Assembly: GCA_965204905.1 (NCBI GenBank)
Contig: OZ242042.1
Span: forward strand, 898,778 to 962,777
Length of the DNA: 64,000 nt
Direction: 5' to 3'
From: Dehalococcoidia bacterium
GTDB taxonomy: Bacteria > Chloroflexota > Dehalococcoidia > Lucifugimonadales > UBA3495
The notes under the pieces are model-generated. The model did not search any database. It was not told where the DNA came from and saw only the letters and a list, made by a program, of their open reading frames with translations. Each line of letters begins with the position of its first letter. Position 1 is the stretch's first letter. Below are positions 19,401 to 28,612 of this stretch, one piece after another. Made by a program: the position numbers and the translations under genes.

Positions 19401-19894
19401 TCGAAGGCACCGCCGTCAATGAGATGGTTAAAGTTGGCCTTCATGGCGTCGCGATACTGGGGCGCGATAGCGTAGGCGTAGGCGTCGAATGCGGCCCGAA
19501 GGTGCTCCGCCGATGGTAGTTCCGCATCCTCATCGAGGCTCAACATGAACTTCACTGCCGCTTCCCGTTGGGCGTTCGTCCGGACTGTGGTCTGCCACGA
19601 GCAACGTGCCGAGTTTGCGACTGCGGTCCCTTGGGCGACAATGTGGGTTGGAGACGCTCCAGCGCCGTATAGGCCAAATTCCAAAACCTCTTCCAACGTG
19701 GGGACTTCATACTCGAACATCGCCCCGGAAGAAGGAGGATGGAGAAAGTTAATCCCGGACACGTCGCGCGGAAAGGTGTCTGGCCTGGGCATCACTCCGG
19801 TAGCCTCGGGAGCTCTGCACGCGATGGCGAGCAACGCGAGCAGCAGCGTGGCGACAAGGGCGAAAATTCTCAATGTGCTCATGGTCAGTTTCAC
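16490..19894 (-). CDS. Large secreted protein: two plant-type LRR blocks flanking several Fn3 domains
   Basis: Signal peptide. LRR consensus such as [36 protein letters not shown]. Several Fn3 units ([26 protein letters not shown]). Confidence 0.85.
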   Translation of the reverse strand: [1134 protein letters not shown]

Positions 19895-21141
19895 GGGTGG
19901 TGGCGATTCAAGGGGTCGAATAAAATCTCGTGTTCGGTAGTGCGAACGTCAATCACGCTCAGAAACGGTGTCTCGAATAGATAGATGGCGATCCGGGTGC
20001 CGTCCGGCGACCAGGACGCGGTTGGGCTCCTGCTTGTGGACGATCCAGTGACGGGGAGTTCGGTAAGCGACGGACTGCCCACGTCCCAAAGGTAGACCTT
20101 TGTCGGTGTCGATTGGTCGACTCGGTCGTCGATAGTCCGCTGGGCGACGATCACCATCCGGGAGCCCGCTGGAGAGGGCAGTACACGCTGCACCCAACCG
20201 AGATCTTGCGCCATCCGGCGGTCCGCGGCCAACCCGGTTCCTTCGGGTTGGACAATGGACAAATCCCGGGTGAGGTTGACAACGTTCTCTCGGTTCCATC
20301 CGTCCGGGTCCACGCTGCGGAGGACGGTGTGTTTCACCCCGTCCACGAGAGCGCGTTCCGCGTAGTACAACTTGCCGTCAGTTGACCAGCCCGGTACGGA
20401 CAGGTCCTCCATGGAGCTCACGACTATGGCCTCATTCCTCCCGTCGCGGTCCACCGCGTGGAATACGTTGGGTTCGCGCCGAGGTCGGCGGTCCTGGCGG
20501 TCGACTATGACCAGCCAGGAACTGTCTTGAGACCACACTATATCGGCCGCGTTGAAGTGACTGCCCTTTGACCAGGACCGCTCCAATCTGTCGCCGGTGA
20601 GCAATTTCACGACGCGCCTGGTTTCCTCCGCGTGGGAGTACGCCAACCTAGAGCCGTCCGGGGACCAGCGCATTGGGCCGGGCAGCACGATCACCCCTCG
20701 TTCCTCGTATTCGGTGTCTGGTCTCCTCCCCGCCTCATTGGTGACGCGCAACCGCAATCGGAAGTCATCAGGATCGACGGAGTAGTAGGCGAGGCGACCT
20801 GTGGAGGAAAGTTGTGGGGAGTAGCGCCACCTCCTGTCTCCGTCGTCCGGCACCGTCACGGAAGTTCCGTCCAGCACGCTAACGAGGCGGATCTCGTTCT
20901 CCACGTTGATGAAGATGTGTCGCCCATCGTTGCTCCATTGCGGCGTTCGGTCGGCGCTGTTGGTTATGGCGGACCGGATCGCCGGCGCCATCCGGCCTTG
21001 TTCCGTCCGGGTGTAGTCCACCCAGCCATAGACCAGCGTGCCGGCGAAGTACAATAAAGGGACGAGCACCATCCCGCCAACGATCCACTTCAGGATGCGC
21101 CGGCGTCCACGGCGATGAGATTGCTGTCCTTCTTCCGTCAT
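19891..21141 (-). CDS. Membrane-anchored PD40/TolB-like beta-propeller protein
   Basis: WSPDGSRLAY, WSTDGKLYY and WSPDGTRIA repeats. Start set at the ATG that forms an ATGA overlap with the upstream stop (21138-21141). Its own stop overlaps the downstream start at 19891-19894. Confidence 0.75.
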   Translation of the reverse strand: MTEEGQQSHRRGRRRILKWIVGGMVLVPLLYFAGTLVYGWVDYTRTEQGRMAPAIRSAITNSADRTPQWSNDGRHIFINVENEIRLVSVLDGTSVTVPDDGDRRWRYSPQLSSTGRLAYYSVDPDDFRLRLRVTNEAGRRPDTEYEERGVIVLPGPMRWSPDGSRLAYSHAEETRRVVKLLTGDRLERSWSKGSHFNAADIVWSQDSSWLVIVDRQDRRPRREPNVFHAVDRDGRNEAIVVSSMEDLSVPGWSTDGKLYYAERALVDGVKHTVLRSVDPDGWNRENVVNLTRDLSIVQPEGTGLAADRRMAQDLGWVQRVLPSPAGSRMVIVAQRTIDDRVDQSTPTKVYLWDVGSPSLTELPVTGSSTSRSPTASWSPDGTRIAIYLFETPFLSVIDVRTTEHEILFDPLNRHHP

Positions 21142-24100
21142 GGGTAAAGCGTCTGATATAAGGCCCACATGCCCATGATGTCCAATGGATGTGGTGAGCA
21201 ATCGGGTTCATCGTCAATTGACTCGACTTTGTCGTCGTAATTCATCACCGACTCCGCTACAGTCGGGTGGGCCTGCTCGTACAGGCTGACTCCCTGCAGG
21301 AGTTCCAGGATGCTGAAGCCGGATAGGCCGAAGGCATGGCCAGTTTCGTGGAGCACCAGCTCAAACGGATATCCCACCGATTGGCCTGCGGTGGCGGAAT
21401 TGTTTTCACAGTCGTTGAAGTGGATGCTCCCCGGTGCGCCGAGGAAAGCTGCTTTTTCCCAAGGGTTCAAGTCTCTCTTGTTGAACAGAATATCCACCCC
21501 ATTGCCGGGAACGTTCAACCGTACACCGGCATGCGCGTCGCTTCCGTACGCATTGGAGATGGTGCATGCGGGGGCGCTGAAAACGCAGATGCCGTGTAAC
21601 TCGTGGATGAACCCGGCGAAATGGAATCTCGAGACCGGATCGCCGTCCACCATATAGATCTCGTTCACGCTGGAATTCACCCGGGCGGTGGTGTAAGGCT
21701 CAAAATAGACCAAGATGGGTATCAACGCCAACTCCGGTGGGAGCTGCCCGTCCGGCTTGACCTCGCCAATATCGCAATCTGTGCCGATCATGGTCTCACT
21801 CGATTGGATCAAGTTGCCGGTCCCAGTCGTCCAACGGTTGAACGCCGCATTGATCAGGCGGGCCCACAATTCGGTCTCGTTACCAGTAGTATTCGGGTCG
21901 TCCTTGAACGTGTTCCGACAAATGCGATAGGTGTAGGTCCGGTCAGGCCAATGGCCAAAGAAGGGGAACGTGCCGACCGTCTGGTCCTTAGGGGGCATGC
22001 GGATAGCTGGCCAGACGTAGGCGTTCCGCCCCGCAAATACTTGGATGCCGGCGGCATCTCGATAAGTCATTTGGACCGCGTACACATCCTCCCGATCCAG
22101 AGAACTGAGTACTTGCTCCTGTCCGTCCGCGACGTTCGCCGAAACGTTTAACGGTATCCCGTAATTGTGGGGATTCCAATTTGAGACATTGGATTCATCC
22201 AATATCTTGCGGACTACTAATTTGCGTTCGGTGGCATTCGTTGGCAATGCTCCCCAAACGACGGACGCCGTGCCACGGTTGGTGGGGTTACCCGCACTGT
22301 CGCCGTTGGTCCTGGTGATGGGAGAGTCGATGACCTTCACTCTGGTTGAACCCTCCGCGTAGTTAGTGTTCAACCTCCTCGCTTGCACCAAGAACGTATC
22401 CTCGACGTCATCGATTAGATAGTCATCCAGGTTCAGGTCGTGGTAATAAGTGGTCCCGTCCTGGATAGGCGTGAACACCTCCGAAACGGTGCCGAAGGAA
22501 TTGATCTCGTAGGAGGTGGCGAAGGGCACACGCGTCCATTGAATGCGAGCCCGGCGCCCCTCCAGATCGGAGGCGATAGGTATGACTTTAAGGTTCGGAT
22601 CGTTCAGTTTGTTCAGTGTCAGTGCTTGGCTCCAATCCGTCCAGTAACCGCAGTAATCGCTGGTCGCATCCCCGCACCGACGTGCCTTCACTTGGTACGT
22701 TCCGCCTGCGTTCAGGCCGGTGAAGGAGTGCGGTGACCCGGTGCTGGCGTAAATTTGACCGTTGTTCGGCCAGGTGCCGCCGGGCAATTGCTGCCGGATC
22801 TCAACCTGGTGCTGTCCGGTTTGATTCACAGAGTTCGTCCAAGTCAATGGCGTATAGTTGAGCTTCGCTTGGAGTGGGTCAGTAGGGTGGCGAGAGAGCG
22901 AATCCAGGGTTGGCCGCGGTGGCATTCTTATCAGGGCACTCCAACTGCCACAATTGGTGTGATTGGAATTGCGGCACCGCTGTGCCCGTGCGCCGTAGTC
23001 GCCTATCGTCACGACGCCGATGTCCACGGATTGGGCGATGTTGGCGTTACTGGAGAGGGTCACATTCTTGGTGGTGATCGCACTGGCTGGCGGGCCCACG
23101 GGCACGTAATGGTGGAGCGCCACCCTATAGTAGTGGTTGGTGCTCTGGCTCCAAGTGCTGGGCTTGTAATGGAAAGTGAGGGTGCCGCTGGTGGTCCTGC
23201 TCACCACCAGGTAAAGGGCGGTGGGTGCCGGTGGTGGGGGCGCCGGTGGTGGGGGCGGTGGACGAGTTGGCGTCGGCGTATTGGTGGCCGTTGCAGGTGG
23301 CGGTGTGGTGCTACTAACAGGGACGTTGATGGTGAACCTAATGGAATGCGACAGGGAGCACCCGCCCGCCGCATTGCAGTGCTGAACTTTGGCGGTGTAA
23401 TCGCCGTCCGTCCACTGGTTGGTTCCCGTGATCACCAAGGTGGTGGTATCCAGAGCGTCGGATATGGAACTATTGGAGTAGACGGTCGTGGTGGAACCGT
23501 CCCTCTTGATCTCTATCTCGTAATGGTCGGGGTTGTCGCCCAAGATGTCGGTTCCCGCTTCCCAAGTCAGGGTGACGCTGCCCGTGCCGGAGTACGAGAC
23601 CGCATCGTCGCCGTTTCTAGGTGTGGGAGGTCGCCGTTCTTTCTGGATCAGGGCCGTCGCCAGTTTGTCCCCGCTCACAATGTTGCCCTCATGGAACGTC
23701 AATGTCACTGACGAGTAATGAACATCAAAGGCATCATCTTCGACCTTGATCCGGATGCGCGACCCGTCGGGGACGGCGAATGCTCCCCGGTCGGCCTCGT
23801 TGTCGATGTTCTTGGTGTTCAGGACGGTGCCGGAGCTGTTCAACCGCTCCACTAGGATGTCGCCCGCCAGATCCTTATTCGTTCCAGTGGCGTAGTCCAC
23901 GTCGATGTAGACCGTTCCTGTTCCGGTGGGAACGGTCCAGACGCTGGAGGTTCCGCCCAGACGGATCGGGTTGGGAGTGAAGCTGTAGACCGTTCTGGCC
24001 GCCAGCGTGGTGCCGGTCACAACGGCGCTGGGCGACCCGTAAGTGGTTGAATACGGGGCACCGTCGCCACGGGTTCGCACCTGGAACTGGTACGTGGTTT

Positions 24101-25547
24101 CCTCGGACAGGCTGGTGACCGTATAGGAGGTTGATGACGTGTACTTGAGAGACCAGGTAGTGGTGCCGCTCTCGCGGTATTCGACCCGGTAGCGGGCGGC
24201 GTCCTGGACCCCGTCCCAGGAAAGGGCTATGGAACTGCTGGTGACGGCTCCGGTCGCCAGATTAGTTGGCGCAGGCGCCAGTGCCGGGGCGGTGTATGAG
24301 ACGCTGTCCGAGTCGTAGGACGAGCACGTCGGTCCAGTAGTCTTGCAGGAACGCACGTAGAAGGTTGCTCGTATGGTTGCGCCGGCGGCGAGACTGCCAT
24401 AGGACACCAAGATTTCATCCGTCTCGTAGCACTCGTCTCCGCTGAACTTATCGCAGTCGTCCGGAGTGTCGTCCTGTATCTGCGTGACAGCGGAGGTGGT
24501 GTCGGTGCTGCACGTCCCGCCGGCAGGGCAGGTCTGGATGACGTAGTAAGTGTCGTAATAGTCCTCATCATCCGCCACGCGCTCGAACTCTGCTTTGGCG
24601 TACCCGTTGGACGTGAATTGGTCCGTCCAGAATGCGTCCACCACCGGCTTCTCCGGTGCGTCCGGCGGTGGTGTTGGCGTCGGCGCAGGTGTCGTAGGCT
24701 CCGGAGGCGTAGTGCCGTTGGATTCGACGGTCAGCGTCACCGCCGCTGAGCAGTTGTTAGTGGTGTCGGCCTCGTTCAAGACGGCGGTTACACACGCGCC
24801 GTAGTAGTAAGTGCCGTCCGAAGACGGGGCGGTGAAATTGTAGACATGGACGCTCTTCTGGAGTTGCAGGATGATGGGAACATCCTGGGTCGTGAGCAAG
24901 GTGTCGAACCGGGAGATGATCGCATTCGTCGACCGGTAGAACTTCAATGTGGTGGCGGGCGAAGGATTTCCGCCCTCGTTGTGAACCTCGACGCCGATGC
25001 GCACGTCACCGCCGGGCTCCACCTCATCAGGGATCACCAGCGGGTGCAGGACTTCCAGATCGGGGCGTTCCTCCTCCTGATCCCCAGCGGCCCTTCGCTC
25101 CGGTGGCCAAGAATCGAGACCGGAACCGTCAGCGCCTCCGACCACAACGGGCGCGGATGCGGCGATGAGCTGTCCCGCTTGCTGGGGATTCTCGCAGCGG
25201 GCCCGAACCGTGACTTCACTCACGCCGCGAGCGTTGCCGCGTATCGTCACCGTCTCGGTTCCGACGCTCGTCATGCGGCCCACGGCGATGTCCGGAGCCA
25301 GAACTTCAAGCGTTCCTGGGTCAATGTTCCAGGCGCGCCAGTGGAACGTAGCCGTCTGCCCTACGGGAATGTTCCGGGGAACGTCCACGAAGTGGATGCG
25401 GCACTCCGCTTGCTGGCCGGACTTCCCGTTGGTTACGGGTGTCGCGTCCTGACTGAGGGCGGGTTTGGTGGGCTGCCAAGCGACTAGCACAATGGCGAAG
25501 ACGACCACTACGGCCGCTAAGGCGACAAAGAGCGTTCTCAAAATCAT
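21138..25547 (-). CDS. Giant secreted protein: CARDB/Fn3-like domains with a C-terminal HExxH metalloprotease
   Basis: 1469 aa, N-terminal TM/signal segment, Pro/Thr linkers, Fn3 units (YRVEYRESGTTTW), and zinc motif VLHETGHAFGL near the C-terminus. Confidence 0.8.
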   Translation of the reverse strand: MILRTLFVALAAVVVVFAIVLVAWQPTKPALSQDATPVTNGKSGQQAECRIHFVDVPRNIPVGQTATFHWRAWNIDPGTLEVLAPDIAVGRMTSVGTETVTIRGNARGVSEVTVRARCENPQQAGQLIAASAPVVVGGADGSGLDSWPPERRAAGDQEEERPDLEVLHPLVIPDEVEPGGDVRIGVEVHNEGGNPSPATTLKFYRSTNAIISRFDTLLTTQDVPIILQLQKSVHVYNFTAPSSDGTYYYGACVTAVLNEADTTNNCSAAVTLTVESNGTTPPEPTTPAPTPTPPPDAPEKPVVDAFWTDQFTSNGYAKAEFERVADDEDYYDTYYVIQTCPAGGTCSTDTTSAVTQIQDDTPDDCDKFSGDECYETDEILVSYGSLAAGATIRATFYVRSCKTTGPTCSSYDSDSVSYTAPALAPAPTNLATGAVTSSSIALSWDGVQDAARYRVEYRESGTTTWSLKYTSSTSYTVTSLSEETTYQFQVRTRGDGAPYSTTYGSPSAVVTGTTLAARTVYSFTPNPIRLGGTSSVWTVPTGTGTVYIDVDYATGTNKDLAGDILVERLNSSGTVLNTKNIDNEADRGAFAVPDGSRIRIKVEDDAFDVHYSSVTLTFHEGNIVSGDKLATALIQKERRPPTPRNGDDAVSYSGTGSVTLTWEAGTDILGDNPDHYEIEIKRDGSTTTVYSNSSISDALDTTTLVITGTNQWTDGDYTAKVQHCNAAGGCSLSHSIRFTINVPVSSTTPPPATATNTPTPTRPPPPPPAPPPPAPTALYLVVSRTTSGTLTFHYKPSTWSQSTNHYYRVALHHYVPVGPPASAITTKNVTLSSNANIAQSVDIGVVTIGDYGARAQRCRNSNHTNCGSWSALIRMPPRPTLDSLSRHPTDPLQAKLNYTPLTWTNSVNQTGQHQVEIRQQLPGGTWPNNGQIYASTGSPHSFTGLNAGGTYQVKARRCGDATSDYCGYWTDWSQALTLNKLNDPNLKVIPIASDLEGRRARIQWTRVPFATSYEINSFGTVSEVFTPIQDGTTYYHDLNLDDYLIDDVEDTFLVQARRLNTNYAEGSTRVKVIDSPITRTNGDSAGNPTNRGTASVVWGALPTNATERKLVVRKILDESNVSNWNPHNYGIPLNVSANVADGQEQVLSSLDREDVYAVQMTYRDAAGIQVFAGRNAYVWPAIRMPPKDQTVGTFPFFGHWPDRTYTYRICRNTFKDDPNTTGNETELWARLINAAFNRWTTGTGNLIQSSETMIGTDCDIGEVKPDGQLPPELALIPILVYFEPYTTARVNSSVNEIYMVDGDPVSRFHFAGFIHELHGICVFSAPACTISNAYGSDAHAGVRLNVPGNGVDILFNKRDLNPWEKAAFLGAPGSIHFNDCENNSATAGQSVGYPFELVLHETGHAFGLSGFSILELLQGVSLYEQAHPTVAESVMNYDDKVESIDDEPDCSPHPLDIMGMWALYQTLYP

Positions 25548-25598
25548 TGGCTTCCTTCAAGGGTACTTTGGTGCTGGGAAATTGGCAGTGATTTACAT

Positions 25599-25632
25599 GA
25601 GAGCCGTACCGCAAGACCGCGGTACGGCTCTC
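25599..25632 (-). terminator. Stem-loop downstream of the Fn3 fragment
   Basis: GAGAGCCGTACCGC..GCGGTACGGCTCTC, about 13 bp of stem, with no clear U tract. Confidence 0.35.
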
Positions 25633-25724
25633 ACGAATGCGTTCCAGTTCAACGCGTTCTGCCCAAATGATCTCCCGTACCGCGCAACGACGCCTCGGAA
25701 CTCAGGATGACCTTATGCACCTGT

Positions 25725-25850
25725 TCATTCTGCCCTGATTCTCAGAACCGGAGTCTGCGGGCCTTTGCCGTTGTTCTTGACGGCCTTGACCCGGTAGGCG
25801 TACCGCGTGCCAACGTCCACGTGCTCATCCACGTAGCCCGTGCTGTCCTT
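25725..25850 (-). pseudogene. Orphan Fn3-domain C-terminal fragment
   Basis: My translation: DSTGYVDEHVDVGTRYAYRVKAVKNNGKGPQTPVLRIRAE*. It has the same ending style as the 50722-51576 protein. There is no start, and a stop lies just upstream. Confidence 0.5.
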
Positions 25851-26029
25851 TCAGGCCAACTCAAAATGCGGTAACAAGAATCTGGAGCAACTAATAGTCG
25901 GTATCAATTTCATCGGGGCAATAATTTCGCCGGAGGCGCGGCGTCCGGCGCGGGGCAGGGTTATGTGTGTCGGGGGTGGCGGTTCAATCTCGATCCATGG
26001 AGCTGTTCTGTTGAACGGCGCATAGCATA

Positions 26030-26110
26030 CACTATTTTCGCGGCGTGGGCGTAATATTACTATGATATATGGCGCTAATAGGATAATTTTATGTAATATA
26101 TGCCCAAACA
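26030..26110 (+). promoter_or_regulatory. AT-rich tract upstream of the GAF gene, possible promoter
   Basis: TAATATTACTATGATATATGGCGCTAATAGGATAATTTTATGTAATATATG stands out in GC-rich DNA. No specific -35/-10 assignment is made. Confidence 0.25.
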
Positions 26111-26194
26111 CGCTGTGATGCCGGAGGCCTGCCGGTATCAAGGCCACGGAAACGAGGCCGCTCCCCGGGTGAATCGAGGTGGACGATCAGACGT

Positions 26195-26640
26195 ATGGAA
26201 GAGCTGATTCGAGAGAACCGGGCGCTGCGGGAGCGTCTGACACGGTTGAGCGAGGCCAGCCTCCGCATCAGCGAAGGCCCGGACTTCGGCGCCGTGCTGC
26301 AGGGCGTGCTGGACTCCGCCCGCTCGCTCATCGGCGCCCGCTACGGAGTGGTGGCCCTCCTGGACGATTCCGGCAGATTGCAGGACCTGCACTTCTCCGG
26401 CATGACCAACACGGAGGCGGAGTTATTTCGCCAATTGCCGGACGGAATGCAACTGTTTGAATACCTGAGCCGCCTGCCCCAGCCCCTCAGGCTCCCGGAC
26501 CTGCTGGAGCACATCCGGTCAACGGAGCATCTGATGGATCTCCGTCCGCCGATAGCGGTGGGGCCGGTGGTGCCCTTCCTGGCGGCTCCCGTGCTCCACC
26601 GGGGCGAGCGCGTCGGCAACTTCTTCCTGTCCAATCGCGC
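26195..26640 (+). pseudogene. GAF-domain N-terminal part of a disrupted GAF-LuxR regulator
   Basis: GAF-like LDSARSLIGARYGVVALLD...APVLHRGERVGNFFLSN. After about 26640 the translation turns into unrelated sequence and stops. Confidence 0.6.
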
Positions 26641-26780
26641 TTGCTGGGGCAGGATCGGTGCAACTCGGTCGAAACCGCCCACTTGGTCTGCATTTCGGGC
26701 ATGGACCTGACGGAGGTCGCAAGCATCTTGTCGGGGTGTTGTTGATGTGCAGTCCGTCTGGATCAACCCCCGCTCCCGCG

Positions 26781-26935
26781 GTGTCGTCCCTGTTCTTCGG
26801 TCTCATGGCACTGGCGGCAGGCGTCGGCGAGGGTGCCGTCGGGGAGTATGGTCTTCTCGTTGCCGCAGTCGCAGGTGCGCTCGAGGATCTGGAGGGCGAG
26901 GTCGAACTCGCGGGTGCGGTTGGCATCGTCGATGT
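26781..26935 (-). pseudogene. Family B fragment (B5), C-terminal zinc-ribbon part only
   Basis: Encodes ..ANRTREFDLALQILERTCDCGNEKTILPDGTLADACRQC.. and is nearly identical at DNA level to B1/B2. Confidence 0.6.
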
Positions 26936-27001
26936 TGCAGACCTGCCTCGTTGTCAGACACGCACGGAATTCACCGGTATTGCGGCAGTGTGAGGTGGTA
27001 A

Positions 27002-27280
27002 TCAGGATTGGTGGCTGTCTCCATTTAGCCTCTCCGCGTGGCTGTTTGATGCGTTTCTATTACCGCACCTGTCGACGATTATCAAAATGGTAACTGCCCC
27101 GGGTACGGACAGTGCGATGACTGAAGTTAGTTGCAGTGCTGCGATTGGAGGCAGCCCTAGGTATCCGGTTGCGGCGTTTATGGCGGCACTGCCGATCATG
27201 CCGGCTGCCCATATCCCGCCTATTTTGAGTGCCGTTTTCAACGAATGCCCCTTTGAATCGATGCTCAAGGTTTTAGTCAT
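27002..27280 (-). CDS. Small hypothetical membrane protein
   Basis: 92 aa with two hydrophobic helices (IGGIWAAGMIGSAAINAATGYLGL, IAALQLTSVIALSVPGAVTILIIV). Locally AT-richer. Confidence 0.4.
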   Translation of the reverse strand: MTKTLSIDSKGHSLKTALKIGGIWAAGMIGSAAINAATGYLGLPPIAALQLTSVIALSVPGAVTILIIVDRCGNRNASNSHAERLNGDSHQS

Positions 27281-27307
27281 TGTGCGGAATATTTCGGTGC
27301 CTGTATC

Positions 27308-27470
27308 GAAAGTCCCCTATGGCAGCCTCAGGCCGGCTCGTATGCCCCTTCCAGCCGTTCGGGGCAGTCCAGGTCGGTTATGTCGCAGAAACGACGCTCC
27401 TGCGCGCTTGGGACGGGCGGTGGATTCGGTGCTGCCACCTTACGGATCAGCGCGCCCTGGCGAGCGCGTC
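27308..27470 (-). pseudogene. Cas4-like nuclease C-terminal fragment (family A, fragment 2)
   Basis: ..LIRKVAAPNPPPVPSAQERRFCDITDLDCPERLEGAYEPA* aligns to the A1 tail (LIQKVAAPDPPPATPSAQECRFCDITELDCPERLE). The first Cys of CxxC is mutated to Arg. Confidence 0.6.
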
Positions 27471-27640
27471 GTTTGTGCGGGCGTTGTCTGAGTCTGCGGC
27501 CGCGCTGTTCGATAATTTGCGTCCATCGTTGGTGCAGACAGTGCTCGGCTTGATCGCTGGCGCTACCCCACCATGCCAGCTTTGGGCTGTTACAATTCGC
27601 CCTACAACCCTAAACTAACGAAACTTGTTGGAGAGTAATC

Positions 27641-28168
27641 ATGGCTGTTTCTGCCGGGATATCAAATGCGCTGGAACGTAACTGGGGGATGGTGGACCGC
27701 GCTATAGACGGGCTGAGTGATGAGACATTGGCGCGGCGGATATCCGACAGCGACAATTCCATCGGTTGGCTCCTCTTCCACATGAGCCGTGTGGTGGACG
27801 TTTTCATGAATACCAGGTTCCAAGGCAAGGCTCAGATATGGATAGAGGACGGTTGGTGCGAGAAATTCGGCCTGAGCGACGATCCGGAGACGACCGGCCA
27901 AGGCTGGGACGCGGCGCGCGTCGCAGCGTGGCCGCTTCCCTCCAAGGACGTCCTGGTGGGGTACTACGAGGCCATGAAGGCCTGCTGCCGGGAGTATATG
28001 TCCTCCGTGACCGACGAGGAGTTGAGCGCCACCATTAGCCTGAGGCCCGGTGCGGACCCCGAGCCGAAAGAGACCATCATGGGTGTCCTGGTCTTTGACA
28101 ACATCGTGCACGGAGGCCAGATAGCCTTCCTGCGCGGCCACTTGGAAGGCATGGGCTGGTTCGTCTAG
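27641..28168 (+). CDS. DinB/YfiT-like four-helix-bundle protein
   Basis: 175 aa. NWGMVDRAIDGLSDETLARR...SIGWLLFHMSRV...HGGQIAFLRGHLEG is typical of the DinB_2 style. Confidence 0.75.
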   Translation: MAVSAGISNALERNWGMVDRAIDGLSDETLARRISDSDNSIGWLLFHMSRVVDVFMNTRFQGKAQIWIEDGWCEKFGLSDDPETTGQGWDAARVAAWPLPSKDVLVGYYEAMKACCREYMSSVTDEELSATISLRPGADPEPKETIMGVLVFDNIVHGGQIAFLRGHLEGMGWFV

Positions 28169-28207
28169 CCCGAATGGAGGCTGCCGGTCAAGTTCTGCAG
28201 GTTTACC

Positions 28208-28239
28208 GAAGAGCACGGCTTGAGCTTGCCGTGCTCTTC
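28208..28239 (+). terminator. Perfect 12-bp stem-loop after the DinB-like gene
   Basis: GAAGAGCACGGC-TTGAGCTT-GCCGTGCTCTTC, 40 nt after the stop. No U tract. Confidence 0.45.
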
Positions 28240-28250
28240 ATTACCTCGGC

Positions 28251-28436
28251 ATGGACGTGCTGGGTCTCTTGGCCTTTGGGTGGGACACGGAGCACATCGG
28301 CGCCGAGTTGGGGATGACGGACCGCACGCTATGGAACCACATCACCAGCCTGCGCGTGAAGCTGGGCGCGAAGTCGCGCCTCGAGGTCGTGGTGGCTGCG
28401 ACGCGCTTGGGGACCCTCACGCTTGACCAACGGTGA
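28251..28436 (+). pseudogene. LuxR/GerE-type HTH, C-terminal part of the disrupted GAF-LuxR regulator
   Basis: LGLLAFGWDTEHIGAELGMTDRTLWNHITSLRVKLGAKSRLEVVVAATRLG. No receiver or sensor part is attached. Confidence 0.6.
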
Positions 28437-28612
28437 TTGTGTTGACGGGGTTCTTTTGCTGCGTGTTCGAGCGTAGGCGAGGCGGTCATTGCCTCGCGCG
28501 ACCGGAGAACTCAGATTCGGCATGGTGAGGCAGAGAGCGTGGTACTGGGTGTGGTAACCTGTTCGACTGGTTAGTCGGGCGGTGGAAGATCCTCGCTCGG
28601 CATCATTTCGCT

